A stretch of 64,000 nucleotides of DNA from Leptospiraceae bacterium (GCA_040217195.1 JAVJNR010000004.1:96001-160000), one strand, 5' to 3'. Positions 20,507 through 30,392 are shown, counted from the stretch's first letter. Notes: generated from the letters alone by a model not told the origin. Numbers and translations: made by a program.

Positions 20507-21517
20507 GTGAGTAATCCAACTACATTAACAAAAAAAGATTTCACTTCGGACCAGGAAGTCCGCTGGTGCCCTGGCTGCGGTGACTACGCCATTCTTTCTG
20601 CAATTCAGAAAACCATGCCCGAGCTGGGACTGCCCAGAGAAGACATTGTTTTCGTTTCGGGTATTGGCTGTTCCTCTCGGTTTCCTTACTACATGAACAC
20701 CTATGGCTTTCATACAATTCATGGTAGGGCACCGGCCATTGCCAGTGGCCTGAAACTGATGCGACCAGAACTTAGCGTATGGATGATTACCGGCGATGGG
20801 GATGCACTTTCCATCGGTGGAAATCATTTGATCCACATTCTGCGTCGTAATCTGGACATCAATATTCTGCTCTTTAACAATCAGATCTATGGTCTGACCA
20901 AAGGTCAGTACTCCCCTACCAGCAAGGCAGGGACGGTTGCCAAGTCCACACCGGAAGGTTCTCTGGATCATCCATTTTCGGCTCTGTCTCTGGCCATCGG
21001 GGCCGGAGCAACCTTTGCGGCCAGAGTACATGATAAGGACATGAAAATGATGACCGATGTGTTCAAAGCTGCCTACGAACACAAAGGAACCTCATTCGTT
21101 GAAATCTATCAGAATTGCGTAATCTTTAACGATGGAGTTTTCGACGAGTCTGTATCCAAGGATACCCGGCAGGAACATACCATTTATCTGCAGGACAAGA
21201 AGCCCATGCTTTTTGGCCAGGAGCAGGACAAAGGTCTGTTGCTGGAAGGGTATCAGGCCAGGGTAGTTCCTTCAGAGGATGCCACGGATGCAGTAACCAT
21301 CCACGATGCATCCCGGGAAGACCCATCCTTCGCTTTCGCTCTGGCTCAACTTGATCGTCCCCACTTCCCGGTTCCCATGGGCATCCTTCGACAGGTTGAA
21401 AGACCTGTGTATGAGGAGCTGGTTCAGCATCAGGTTGATACAGTCGTGGACAAAAAAGGTAAGGGAGATCTGGAAGCCTTGATACATTCCGGAGATACCT
21501 GGGAAATTAAGAACTAA
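20507..21517 (+). CDS. korB: 2-oxoacid:ferredoxin oxidoreductase beta subunit
   Basis: WCPGCGD, SGIGCSS, IHGR, GDGD...NNQIYGLTKGQ; SD AAGGAG before GTG. Confidence 0.94.
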   Translation: MSNPTTLTKKDFTSDQEVRWCPGCGDYAILSAIQKTMPELGLPREDIVFVSGIGCSSRFPYYMNTYGFHTIHGRAPAIASGLKLMRPELSVWMITGDGDALSIGGNHLIHILRRNLDINILLFNNQIYGLTKGQYSPTSKAGTVAKSTPEGSLDHPFSALSLAIGAGATFAARVHDKDMKMMTDVFKAAYEHKGTSFVEIYQNCVIFNDGVFDESVSKDTRQEHTIYLQDKKPMLFGQEQDKGLLLEGYQARVVPSEDATDAVTIHDASREDPSFAFALAQLDRPHFPVPMGILRQVERPVYEELVQHQVDTVVDKKGKGDLEALIHSGDTWEIKN

Positions 21518-21527
21518 CCTCGCCCTC

Positions 21528-21550
21528 CAGGGCCTCAAAGGCCCTGTTTT
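21528..21550 (+). terminator. Rho-independent terminator after korB
   Basis: CAGGGCCT-caa-AGGCCCTG followed by TTTT. Confidence 0.7.
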
Positions 21551-21666
21551 CCCATTTTTTTTATCTGTGGAGCCCCGCTCTCTGATTTTTTACTATGCAA
21601 GCAAAAGTTGCTTGCTTACTTGCACTGAAATTCGCGCATGCGAAATTCCATTTGGAGGGAGGTGAA

Positions 21667-22083
21667 ATGGAAGATCCGCTCGGTGAACACTACATCATTG
21701 AACTATACGAGTGCAGTCATGAAGTACTGGATAATCTCGAACAGGTTCAAACAACCCTGCTGGATGCAGCAGATATATCGGGAGCTACGATCGTAGATCA
21801 AAGGTTCCACAAATTCAGTCCGCAGGGAGTTTCAGGAGTGGTGGTTATCGCCGAATCCCACCTGAGCATCCACACCTGGCCAGAGCTCGGCTATGCAGCT
21901 CTGGATCTATTTACTTGCAGTAAGGATATGGACATCCAGAAGGCACTGGATCTGCTCAAGCAGGTCTTTAAGCCAGGAGACATGGTCGTTGAATACATTC
22001 AGCGCGGTCTAATGGATCCAACCTATCGCAAGAATCAAAGACTACACCAATACAGGCAGGCCCTGGCGGCCGGTCGACAGTAA
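21667..22083 (+). CDS. speD: S-adenosylmethionine decarboxylase proenzyme (class 1B)
   Basis: LGEHYIIELY, FSPQGVSGVVVIAE|SHLSIHTWPELGYAALDLFTC; SD GGAGGT before ATG 21667. Confidence 0.93.
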   Translation: MEDPLGEHYIIELYECSHEVLDNLEQVQTTLLDAADISGATIVDQRFHKFSPQGVSGVVVIAESHLSIHTWPELGYAALDLFTCSKDMDIQKALDLLKQVFKPGDMVVEYIQRGLMDPTYRKNQRLHQYRQALAAGRQ

Positions 22084-22094
22084 GGAGGGCAGAC

Positions 22095-22997
22095 ATGCTT
22101 GTTGCTACCAAGAAAGTACAATCTCATCTGTCCGATGCTGCCGAAATGCGGCAATCAGCGGTTTCTGGAAGTGGTGTGTTTGCCACAAGGTCCATCAAGA
22201 AAGATGAGCTTGTGGCCCTATGGGGTGGTACCATCTACCGAGAGGATCAACTGGAATCACTTCCTTCCGAGCTTCGTCATTACCTGTTGCAGGTAGACGA
22301 AACTCTATACATTGGCCCGTCCGACCTTGAGAATGTGGACGATTCAGAGTTCTTCAATCATTCCTGCGAACCCAATCTGGGCTTCAAAGGACAGGTGGCC
22401 CTGGTTGCCATGCGAGACATTGAAGCAGGCGAAGAGCTGACTTTCGACTATGCAATGGCCGAAACCTACGATCAGGAATTTTTCTGTGGTTGTGGTTCGG
22501 ATCTGTGTCGAGGTAACATTCGTGGAACGGACCCGCATCTGCCACAACTCCAGAAGCGGTATCAGGGATACTTCAGTTCATGGCTGGAGAAAAAACTGAA
22601 TGTAAAACCAGAAGACCTGGCAGGAAATCTTCAATTCGAAGAAACCGGAGCCTGGGGTCTGGTAACAGCTCTGGATTTGCACGATTGCGACGGAGACACG
22701 ATTCGTAGCCGGGAAAAGATCTACGAGTTCACTATTGAGCTATGCGATCGAATCCAGGTAAAAAGATTTGGTGAGCCTACAATTGTTCATTTTGGCGAAG
22801 ATGAGCGAGTGGCGGGTTACTCTCTGGTTCAGCTAATTGAAACATCTCTGGTAAGCGGTCACTTTGCCAATGCAACGAACCGAGTCTATCTGGATGTGTT
22901 CAGCTGTGCCTGGTACAATCCAACGGAAATTGTTAAGTTTGCGGCGGACTATTTTGGCGCTCGCGACTATAACGTAAATATCTATCTGCGTCACTGA
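22095..22997 (+). CDS. SET/post-SET methyltransferase fused to a SpeD-like (AdoMetDC-fold) pyruvoyl domain
   Basis: SGSGVFA, FFNHSCEPN, GEELTFDY, CGCGSDLC; then WGLVTALDLHDC...GYSLVQLIETSLVSGH...YLDVFSC; SD AAGGAGG. Confidence 0.88.
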   Translation: MLVATKKVQSHLSDAAEMRQSAVSGSGVFATRSIKKDELVALWGGTIYREDQLESLPSELRHYLLQVDETLYIGPSDLENVDDSEFFNHSCEPNLGFKGQVALVAMRDIEAGEELTFDYAMAETYDQEFFCGCGSDLCRGNIRGTDPHLPQLQKRYQGYFSSWLEKKLNVKPEDLAGNLQFEETGAWGLVTALDLHDCDGDTIRSREKIYEFTIELCDRIQVKRFGEPTIVHFGEDERVAGYSLVQLIETSLVSGHFANATNRVYLDVFSCAWYNPTEIVKFAADYFGARDYNVNIYLRH

Positions 22998-23028
22998 TTG
23001 CCCTGGCATATCGGAGACTTTTAATCGT

Positions 23029-23050
23029 GGGCCCTGTTCAGGGCCCTTTT
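23029..23050 (+). terminator. Rho-independent terminator closing the speD / SET-SpeD operon
   Basis: GGGCCCTG-tt-CAGGGCCC then TTTT. Confidence 0.75.
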
Positions 23051-23097
23051 CATTTTCGATCAGTTCTGTCTTTCATTCAAATTCTGCAATTCTAAGC

Positions 23098-25533
23098 CTA
23101 TTTTCGAATGTAGGCACCTTCAATGGCTTCAGCATTCATGGGACGACCAAATAGAAATCCCTGTCCTTCATTACAGCCTGAATCCACCAGATGCATTCTC
23201 TGGTCCTCGTTTTCGATTCCTTCCGCTATAACTGAAAAGCCCAGGTTCTTCCCCAGGGCAACAATCGCTGCTGAAATCGCCGACAGACTTGAGTCATCGG
23301 GTAATCCCTGAATAAAGGATCGGTCGATTTTCAGCCTGTCGACCGGCAAATCCCTTAAATAGCTTAGCGAAGAGTAGCCCACTCCAAAGTCATCAATGGC
23401 AATTCTTACTCCCTGACTGCGTAATAGATGCAGCTGTTCCAAAATCGAGGATTCCAGGCCAATCAATGAATTCTCGGTGATTTCAATCTCTAGCTTTTCC
23501 GGTGGCAGTCCAGTTTCCTTTAAGATTGCCATTACCCGGGAGGAAAAATCTCCGTTCTGAATCTGCACAGGCGAAGCGTTAACAGCAATGCAGTCGATGT
23601 GCATTCCCATGGACAACCAGGTCCGGGTTTGTCTGCAGGCCTCTTCCAGTACCCATTCTCCCAGCGGAATAATGAGGCCCAGTTGCTCGGCCACTGGAAT
23701 AAACTCATCTGGAGGAATCAGTGTATCTTCAGTTTTCCATCGAACCAGTGCTTCCAGTCCTAGAAGAGCGCCATTCACAAGATCTATTTGCGGTTGATAG
23801 TGCAAAATGAATTCATTGTGCTGCAATGCCTTTCGCAGTTCCGAACCCAGGTGAATTCTGCGCATTGCTTCATCGGTGAGATCCTGACTGAAGAATCTGT
23901 ATCGCATGGAGTCTTTTTTGGCACGATACATGGCAGTATCTGCCTGCTGAATCAATTCCTCAACGGTTGATCCATGATCCGGATACATGCTCATACCCAG
24001 ACTGGCCGATATGGCCACTTTTCGATCTCCAAGAGTAAATGGCTCCTCCATGGCCTGCACCAGATCATCGGCCACAAGAGCCACTTCACCGGCGGACTGA
24101 GGTCCGGGCACCAGAACCAGAAATTCATCGCCTCCGAACCGGGCCAGAGTCTGATCCGAACGTATGGCCTCGCTCAGCCTGGCGCCCACATCTCGCAGCA
24201 GTCGATCTCCGGTGGGATGGCCCAGGCTATCATTCACATCCTTGAAGTTATTCAGATCTAGAAAAATGATGCCTACCTTATCGCCCATTTTGTCTGCCAG
24301 GGTCATCGCCTGCCCAAGACGCTCTTCGAATAGAAGCCGATTGGACAGACCTGTTAGCGGATCTGAATGGGCCATTCGCTCCAATTTATGCTGATAATCT
24401 TTGATGCTTGAAATATCTGAAAAGATAGCCAGATACTGGATCACGTCTCCCTGGCTGTTTCGTACTTCTGTGACTGTAGATAGTTCAGGAAAGATACTTC
24501 CATCCTTTCTGCGATTCCAGATTTCTCCGCTCCAGTAGCCTTTACTGGAAAGCGCAGCCCACATGGATTCATAAAAGGCTTTACTGTGAAAACCGCTGGC
24601 CAGCAGTCTAGGGTTTCGTCCCAGAACGTCCTGCTCGGAATAGCCAGTAATTCTGGTAAATGCACGATTCACGGCAACAATGCGAACATCCGCATCAGTA
24701 ATCAGTATTCCTTCCTGGGTATGCTCGAAAACGGCTGCTGCCTGTCTTAACTGGCTTTCCTGCTTCTTGAGATCAGAGATATCTTCAACAATACCATCGA
24801 ATACTTGTCTGCCATCGCTGGTTAATCGAGTACTGGCCGTTATCGCAATCCAGATTGCTCTTCCCCTCAATGTCCTTAGTTTTAGCTCACTACGTCTCAC
24901 AGATCCATGGGCCAGAACTTCTTCTGAGAATTTGGCCCGATCGTCCGGATCCTCATAAAGCTCGAATGGACTGTGCTTCAAAAAATCTTCAACCGAATCT
25001 GCTTCAAAGATCCGTGCCATGGCAGGATTGGCTTCTAAAAATCTTCCATGAACTCCCGGTTCATTACGATACACTCCCACGGGCAATGCATCGAATAGGT
25101 CTTTGTACTCTATAAGGCTTTGCTGTAGAATCTTAGGTTCGGTATAATCATGTATAATAGAATGAAGATAGCGCTTACCCAGAATCTCGACCGGACCTGA
25201 ATAGACCTTCACGAAACGTATATCGCCCGATGAAGTTCGATGCTTGAATTCAAAATAGCGACGCTCCTCCAGGTGAGCCCGTTGCATTTCCGCAGCTACC
25301 TCTTCTGGAGGTAATTGATTGATATCCTGAATTCGCATGGACCGGAATTCATCCAGGCTGTAGCCGTAGAAATCCTGAGCGGCCGGGTTCGCATCCACGA
25401 TGCTGCCAGTCTCTGGATCAATCAGTAGTTTGGGAGCTGTATTCCTTGTGAACATTTCATGGTAAATGAACACAAAGTCCTGCCGGGACTCATCGGCACC
25501 ATTAAGAAAATCTGGCGAATTATCAAGATTCAT
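23098..25533 (-). CDS. PAS(x3)-GGDEF-EAL c-di-GMP enzyme
   Basis: Three PAS/PAC repeats, [36 protein letters not shown]. Confidence 0.95.
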   Translation of the reverse strand: MNLDNSPDFLNGADESRQDFVFIYHEMFTRNTAPKLLIDPETGSIVDANPAAQDFYGYSLDEFRSMRIQDINQLPPEEVAAEMQRAHLEERRYFEFKHRTSSGDIRFVKVYSGPVEILGKRYLHSIIHDYTEPKILQQSLIEYKDLFDALPVGVYRNEPGVHGRFLEANPAMARIFEADSVEDFLKHSPFELYEDPDDRAKFSEEVLAHGSVRRSELKLRTLRGRAIWIAITASTRLTSDGRQVFDGIVEDISDLKKQESQLRQAAAVFEHTQEGILITDADVRIVAVNRAFTRITGYSEQDVLGRNPRLLASGFHSKAFYESMWAALSSKGYWSGEIWNRRKDGSIFPELSTVTEVRNSQGDVIQYLAIFSDISSIKDYQHKLERMAHSDPLTGLSNRLLFEERLGQAMTLADKMGDKVGIIFLDLNNFKDVNDSLGHPTGDRLLRDVGARLSEAIRSDQTLARFGGDEFLVLVPGPQSAGEVALVADDLVQAMEEPFTLGDRKVAISASLGMSMYPDHGSTVEELIQQADTAMYRAKKDSMRYRFFSQDLTDEAMRRIHLGSELRKALQHNEFILHYQPQIDLVNGALLGLEALVRWKTEDTLIPPDEFIPVAEQLGLIIPLGEWVLEEACRQTRTWLSMGMHIDCIAVNASPVQIQNGDFSSRVMAILKETGLPPEKLEIEITENSLIGLESSILEQLHLLRSQGVRIAIDDFGVGYSSLSYLRDLPVDRLKIDRSFIQGLPDDSSLSAISAAIVALGKNLGFSVIAEGIENEDQRMHLVDSGCNEGQGFLFGRPMNAEAIEGAYIRK

Positions 25534-25671
25534 GATAGAGAGGCACTCCGAGACATAGCATCCAGTTCAGTCTTCGCAGGCATATAGAAAACACAGACCG
25601 AAATCCAATCTCCCACGGTCAGTCCAGCACCGGTGAAGTAAATGTCCAGAGGATCTGCAGAATTTTGCCCG

Positions 25672-26124
25672 CTAAATGAGCTCAAGCACTACCTGGTCGC
25701 GTAACTGAATCCCGTTCTCAAAGAGGGGGTAGTCATAGTTACTAGAAAAATAATCTGGCACAATTTGAACCATGCGAAATCCAAGCTTCTGGTATAGAGC
25801 CAGGGCAGCAAAGGAAGTGCTTCCGGTACGCACAATGATTGGACGGGCAGCCTGTTGTAGTAAAAATTCCAGCATACGAAGCGCCAATCCGCGACGACAA
25901 TACTCCGTCTTCACCGCAAGATTATAGATCTCCTGCTTTGAACCCTCCGACGCTCCAAAGACACAGAGACCCACCGGCTCATCCTGCTCATAGGAACAGA
26001 CAGCCATGCAGTGAGGTACGTAGGTGCGAATGGACTCCTCCGAAGGATCGGCTGTAAGCAATAGATCAAGATACGGAGGGCTAAGAAGAACAGATCCGTT
26101 AATCAATTCCATCATTTGACCCAA
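25672..26124 (-). CDS. GNAT family N-acetyltransferase
   Basis: LLLTADPS, NLAV...RRGLA, ALALYQKLGF. Confidence 0.85.
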   Translation of the reverse strand: MGQMMELINGSVLLSPPYLDLLLTADPSEESIRTYVPHCMAVCSYEQDEPVGLCVFGASEGSKQEIYNLAVKTEYCRRGLALRMLEFLLQQAARPIIVRTGSTSFAALALYQKLGFRMVQIVPDYFSSNYDYPLFENGIQLRDQVVLELI

Positions 26125-26801
26125 CTTCGCAGATCTGCCAGAGAAGCAAAGAGAGCATCCAACCTGGCTGGATCCTTTCTGCCCGGGACTCCTGTTTCCA
26201 GCCCAGATGCAATATCTACACCCATGGCATGACTGTTCAGAAGCCTATGTCGAGCATTCTCTGGATTGATTCCTCCGGCCAGCATATAGGGCAGTTGAAC
26301 ATCCTGTATCCAGGATTCCGGAATCTCCTTTCCCGTTCCTCCCAGGGCTCCGGTAACCTTTCGATCCAGAAGATAGAGTTGAGCTGAGGCCAGAGACTTA
26401 AGATCTTCGTCTGTAACAGGGGCCCCAACATGTACCACCGGCCACATTGGCAGTTCAATCCCCTGGCCACGCAAGAATTGCTCCATGCGATAAATGTCCT
26501 GGGAGCTGCCAATAATCTGGATGGCATCCAGATCCAGAGAAGGCCTATCCTCCAAATAACGTACCAGAAGCAATTTGAGCAGCCGGACCATTTCATCCAG
26601 GCCCATTCCGCCCATTACAGCCACATGCTGGATTCCAGGGTGATTCAGCCGAATACTACGTATGATCCGGATCGCTTTGTCTGGAGAGATCCGTCTTCGG
26701 CTGGAAGGAACAAAGATCCAGCCCATGTAATCCGGCTCATAGGAGGCCACCATATGGGCATCCATAGCATATAGATTTCCACAGACCTTTATCCGAGCCA
26801 T
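26112..26801 (-). CDS. trpF: Phosphoribosylanthranilate isomerase
   Basis: IKVCG, GWIFVPSSRR, GGTG, LAGGINPEN, GVDIASGLE. Confidence 0.9.
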   Translation of the reverse strand: MARIKVCGNLYAMDAHMVASYEPDYMGWIFVPSSRRRISPDKAIRIIRSIRLNHPGIQHVAVMGGMGLDEMVRLLKLLLVRYLEDRPSLDLDAIQIIGSSQDIYRMEQFLRGQGIELPMWPVVHVGAPVTDEDLKSLASAQLYLLDRKVTGALGGTGKEIPESWIQDVQLPYMLAGGINPENARHRLLNSHAMGVDIASGLETGVPGRKDPARLDALFASLADLRSWVK

Positions 26802-26880
26802 GGCCCAGCCTCCCCCGACCGAAAGAAGTGGGAATCACTTTCCTCCTTGCAATTGTATCGCCAGAAAAAATCCTGCAAGT

Positions 26881-27546
26881 ATGTACTCCGGGGGTGAGGA
26901 AGAATACATCGATTCACTGGAAGATGAGATTCTAGAAAAGATGACCTGGCTCAGTGCGCCATCCAGAACGCATCTGGCTGAAAGTCAGATACTGAGGGCC
27001 GGACCTTTTCGAAAATCTCCTATCTGGATCCATTCGCCTGTTAGAACTCAGGATCCTGGCATCTATCAATTCAGACCGGCAGGACTGTGCAATTATCTCA
27101 CCGTACGCCGCCTGGTGCCGGACTTTAACCTGAAAGCTATCTGGCTATTACCAGAATTTGTGGGCGGGGCCGGTCACAGCCTCACCCATCTGTGGATCCC
27201 CGAACGCCAGATGCTGGTATTTTATCTATGCCCATTGCGCATTTATGGTTCCTCTACGAAGGAACAGGAACTGGAAAAACCGGCAGGAAGCTATTCTGCA
27301 GGCAACATCCCAATGCAGAGACTGGAAACCCTTCGGTCTGGCCAGTTACCTGCAGGAAGAATGAAGCAACCACGGCCACTGCTGGACTCTGTTTTAGAGA
27401 GCATCGCAGAAAATCCAGGGGCGGAAGCCGGACTGAGCAAGTTCCTTATATCCGACTCCGCTCTCACCGATCGAGAACTGGCCGATATGGAACGAATTAG
27501 CTATAGCTGGAAACGAGCCCTGATTGAAAGAAGGAACAGATATTGA
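26881..27546 (+). CDS. Hypothetical protein
   Basis: Open ORF (26800..27546, likely ATG 26881) coupled to the downstream pgeF-like gene; no motif recognised. Confidence 0.55.
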   Translation: MYSGGEEEYIDSLEDEILEKMTWLSAPSRTHLAESQILRAGPFRKSPIWIHSPVRTQDPGIYQFRPAGLCNYLTVRRLVPDFNLKAIWLLPEFVGGAGHSLTHLWIPERQMLVFYLCPLRIYGSSTKEQELEKPAGSYSAGNIPMQRLETLRSGQLPAGRMKQPRPLLDSVLESIAENPGAEAGLSKFLISDSALTDRELADMERISYSWKRALIERRNRY

Positions 27547-28388
27547 TGCAAACAAAAAGTTCCCATACCTATACCAGTGGAAGAATTGAGGCCCAGGTGT
27601 TTGGCATGGAAGCTCTGAGACACCTGGAGCATCAGTTTCCTTCTGGAACGCCGGAAGATTCGGAGCACAGAAACCTCAGACCGGATGCCAGCGGACATGG
27701 AATTCAGGACGCTGCACTTGCAAGAAAACAAATCGAAAGAGATTTTCTATCAGGAGCCCTGGAATTGCCTGCGGAGCGAATCTTCTTCCTGAAACAAATT
27801 CATGGACCGGATGTGATTCGCATAACGGAGCATGATTTTATTTCAGCCAATCTGCCTATTGCAGTGGCCGACGGAATGATTACTCAGGAAACGGATGTAG
27901 CTCTAGTCATTCGCACAGCAGATTGCCTTCCTCTATTCTTTCATTCAGGAACACAGGCAGATTCCACGCTGGCCGGGGTGATACATTGCGGTTGGCGAGG
28001 GCTTTCCAGGGGAATTATTCCCAGAGCTCTGGACCTAATTACATTCCTGGTGGAACAGATGAAGAGGGAAAAGAAAGATGTAGATCCGAACATCACAGTG
28101 TTTCCCGGTCCCTACATCTGCCCCTCTACCTATGAAGTGGGTCATGAAGTAGCTGCTCAATTTCCAATTATCCAGGAGAAGCGATCCGCACGCGGAAGGC
28201 CCCTGCTGGATTTATACAAGAATGCAGCCCTTCAACTTGAAAAGGCTGCACCCTCTGCAAAAGCACAGTTCCATCTGGAAGATCCATTACAGGCCCAGGA
28301 TGAAAGCAGATTTAAATATTTCTATTCTCATCGACGGGGCGACCGGGCAAGAAATCTGAACGTAATTCGTGTGAAGGGGGCCAGGTGA
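27543..28388 (+). CDS. pgeF: PgeF/YfiH laccase-domain (purine nucleoside phosphorylase-like) protein
   Basis: QIHG, TADCLP, HCGWRG, YEVG, FYSHRR. Confidence 0.88.
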   Translation: MMQTKSSHTYTSGRIEAQVFGMEALRHLEHQFPSGTPEDSEHRNLRPDASGHGIQDAALARKQIERDFLSGALELPAERIFFLKQIHGPDVIRITEHDFISANLPIAVADGMITQETDVALVIRTADCLPLFFHSGTQADSTLAGVIHCGWRGLSRGIIPRALDLITFLVEQMKREKKDVDPNITVFPGPYICPSTYEVGHEVAAQFPIIQEKRSARGRPLLDLYKNAALQLEKAAPSAKAQFHLEDPLQAQDESRFKYFYSHRRGDRARNLNVIRVKGAR

Positions 28389-28960
28389 GCTTTACTACGG
28401 AAGAAATGCGCAACCTTCGCAAGTTCAAGAAAGGAATACTGGATGTATTGTTCATTCATTGCGAGACATTCTACATTCACTGTATGCCCCATGAGCATCT
28501 TGTACTGGGTAAACGAGGGCTGCTGAAGAAGGAACAAACGGAAGGATTAATTCTAGTTTTTGGTCCTTACAGCACCAGAAAGCTTACCTGGGATGATGAC
28601 TCTCTAGAATGCGAAATGCAATTCTCTCGCTGGGAATATGTGCGAATTCCCTTTGATTGCATTGTCAGAATGTTCGATAAGTCCGGTCAGGTCATTATGC
28701 AATGGGCCATGCCTGAACTTGAAGAAGTAACCGGTCCGGATCTTAAGCTACATGTTACAGACTCTGATAGCCAGGAAGAAGTAAGCGGCGAAAAATCCAA
28801 CAGCCAGGAAGTCGACTCATCAGGCTCTCCTGAGACCAATAAGGGCACTTCGAAAAAAAGTGGAGCTAAAAGAGCTACCAAGAAGTCTGCAAAGAAAAGC
28901 CGAAAGAGCGCGGACGACAATGTAATCGAAGTAGACTTTACAAGAAAAAAGAAACCCTGA
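28385..28960 (+). CDS. SspB-like ClpXP adaptor
   Basis: Compact N-domain (LTWDDDSLECEMQFS...VRIPFDCI), disordered linker, C-terminal NVIEVDFTRKKK tail. Confidence 0.65.
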   Translation: MSFTTEEMRNLRKFKKGILDVLFIHCETFYIHCMPHEHLVLGKRGLLKKEQTEGLILVFGPYSTRKLTWDDDSLECEMQFSRWEYVRIPFDCIVRMFDKSGQVIMQWAMPELEEVTGPDLKLHVTDSDSQEEVSGEKSNSQEVDSSGSPETNKGTSKKSGAKRATKKSAKKSRKSADDNVIEVDFTRKKKP

Positions 28961-29134
28961 GAAAACCTAAGAAAACGAATTCTAATTAGAATTGCTTTGC
29001 CACTACCATTGGACTTCTGTTATAGACTGTAGCTTACCGGCTTTCACCCCTTCGCCGATTTCTATGTAATCTGCCTTGTCTGGCGTTCATCATGGTCCCC
29101 AGGAGGCCAGGGAAACTGCAAAAACTCTCAGCTC

Positions 29135-30061
29135 TCAGGATCCGAATAGAGTTTTCCAGCCATCTTCGATTGAATTCGATCTCATCAGAGATGTACCAAT
29201 CAAGAATGCATCCGCAAATTCACTCATTTCGTTCAGTGTTTGCCCCTTCTCAATGCCCGATTCTGCAATAAGTACAGCCTCTGGATTCAGTTTTCGCAAT
29301 TCCGGAGCGAGCCTGGCAGAAAGACCTAAATCCATTTCAAGAGTATCCAGGTCTCGGTGGTTAATCCCAATAATTCTTGCACCACATTCGCAGGCCCGTC
29401 GAAGCTCGGATTCGCAATGCACTTCGACCAGAGGTTCCATATTCAGTGATCGAGCATGGGCTAACAGGTCGGATAGATCCTCATCGCTCAGCAATCGAAC
29501 AATTAGAAGTATTGAGTCTGCGCCGGCTGCTCGGGCCTGATTTATCTGCAATCTGTGGATCAAAAAATCCTTTCTCAGAACTGGAATTCCAGCCGTTCGA
29601 GCCGCAGCCAGATGGCTAATATGCCCCTGAAAAAAATCTTCATCGGTGAGTACGGAAAGACAACTGGCTCCCAGGCTGGCATAGGTTTCGGCAATCCTGG
29701 CCGGATCATAGTCCGGACGAATGAGACCCATGGATGGACTGGCTTTCTTGCACTCTGAGATGATAGCTCTCTTCAAAGGAAGATATTGTGCCAGATTATC
29801 AGATTCTAATGAGGCTGAGGCTGGATTTGAATCCGAAAACGTTCCAGATGAGGCAGGATCGGAATCGCCGGCAAATGCAGAGTGGTTGGCATTGGCGGCA
29901 CCATGCCTGAGCCGGCCTCCCGGATTTTTCAGATGAAAATAGAAATCCCTGGGAGACTCCAGACCTTCCAGAGATGGCTCTCCGGTGCGCTGCAGCTCTT
30001 CGATTTCCTTTCTCTTTCTGGAAACTATGCGATCCAGTAAAGAGGATCCCGGTCCGGTCAT
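29135..30061 (-). CDS. trpC: Indole-3-glycerol phosphate synthase (with low-complexity insertion)
   Basis: ISECKKASPS.G, LSVLTD, LRKDF, GINHRDL, IAESG, LIGTSLM. Confidence 0.93.
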   Translation of the reverse strand: MTGPGSSLLDRIVSRKRKEIEELQRTGEPSLEGLESPRDFYFHLKNPGGRLRHGAANANHSAFAGDSDPASSGTFSDSNPASASLESDNLAQYLPLKRAIISECKKASPSMGLIRPDYDPARIAETYASLGASCLSVLTDEDFFQGHISHLAAARTAGIPVLRKDFLIHRLQINQARAAGADSILLIVRLLSDEDLSDLLAHARSLNMEPLVEVHCESELRRACECGARIIGINHRDLDTLEMDLGLSARLAPELRKLNPEAVLIAESGIEKGQTLNEMSEFADAFLIGTSLMRSNSIEDGWKTLFGS

Positions 30062-30062
30062 A

Positions 30063-30392
30063 TCAGGCTTTCAGGGCTTCTTCTTCAGATTCAAAAATAT
30101 CAAAAAGGCTGGTCAATTCGATGACATCGAAAATGCGCTTAACAGAGGGACGAATGTTGGTGAGCTTCAGGCTCCCGTCTCGCGCATTCAATTTTCGAAG
30201 CGTGGCGATACAGGCCCGAAATCCGGAGGAACTCATATATTCCACCTTATCCATATTCAGAATGATATGCTTCTGATTTTCCTGATCGATAAGTCGACTC
30301 AGTTCTTCTTCCACCTCATTGGCAACCGATACATCCAGTCTGCCTTCAAGGTATACTATTAGCTTATCATCTACCTGTTTGGTCTGGAGCAA
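30063..30392 (-). CDS. STAS-domain anti-sigma factor antagonist
   Basis: LEGRLD, VEYMSSSG phospho-Ser motif; TTG start. Confidence 0.9.
   Translation of the reverse strand: MLQTKQVDDKLIVYLEGRLDVSVANEVEEELSRLIDQENQKHIILNMDKVEYMSSSGFRACIATLRKLNARDGSLKLTNIRPSVKRIFDVIELTSLFDIFESEEEALKA

Noticed and set aside
29090..29106. 17-mer TCATGGyCCCCAGGAGG shared with 39120-39136
   Set aside because: Only two copies, one containing the ssb SD; a 16/17 match is expected by chance in 64 kb
26112..30061. trpF and trpC separated by opposite-strand genes
   Set aside because: Dispersed trp genes are common; no sign of mobile DNA
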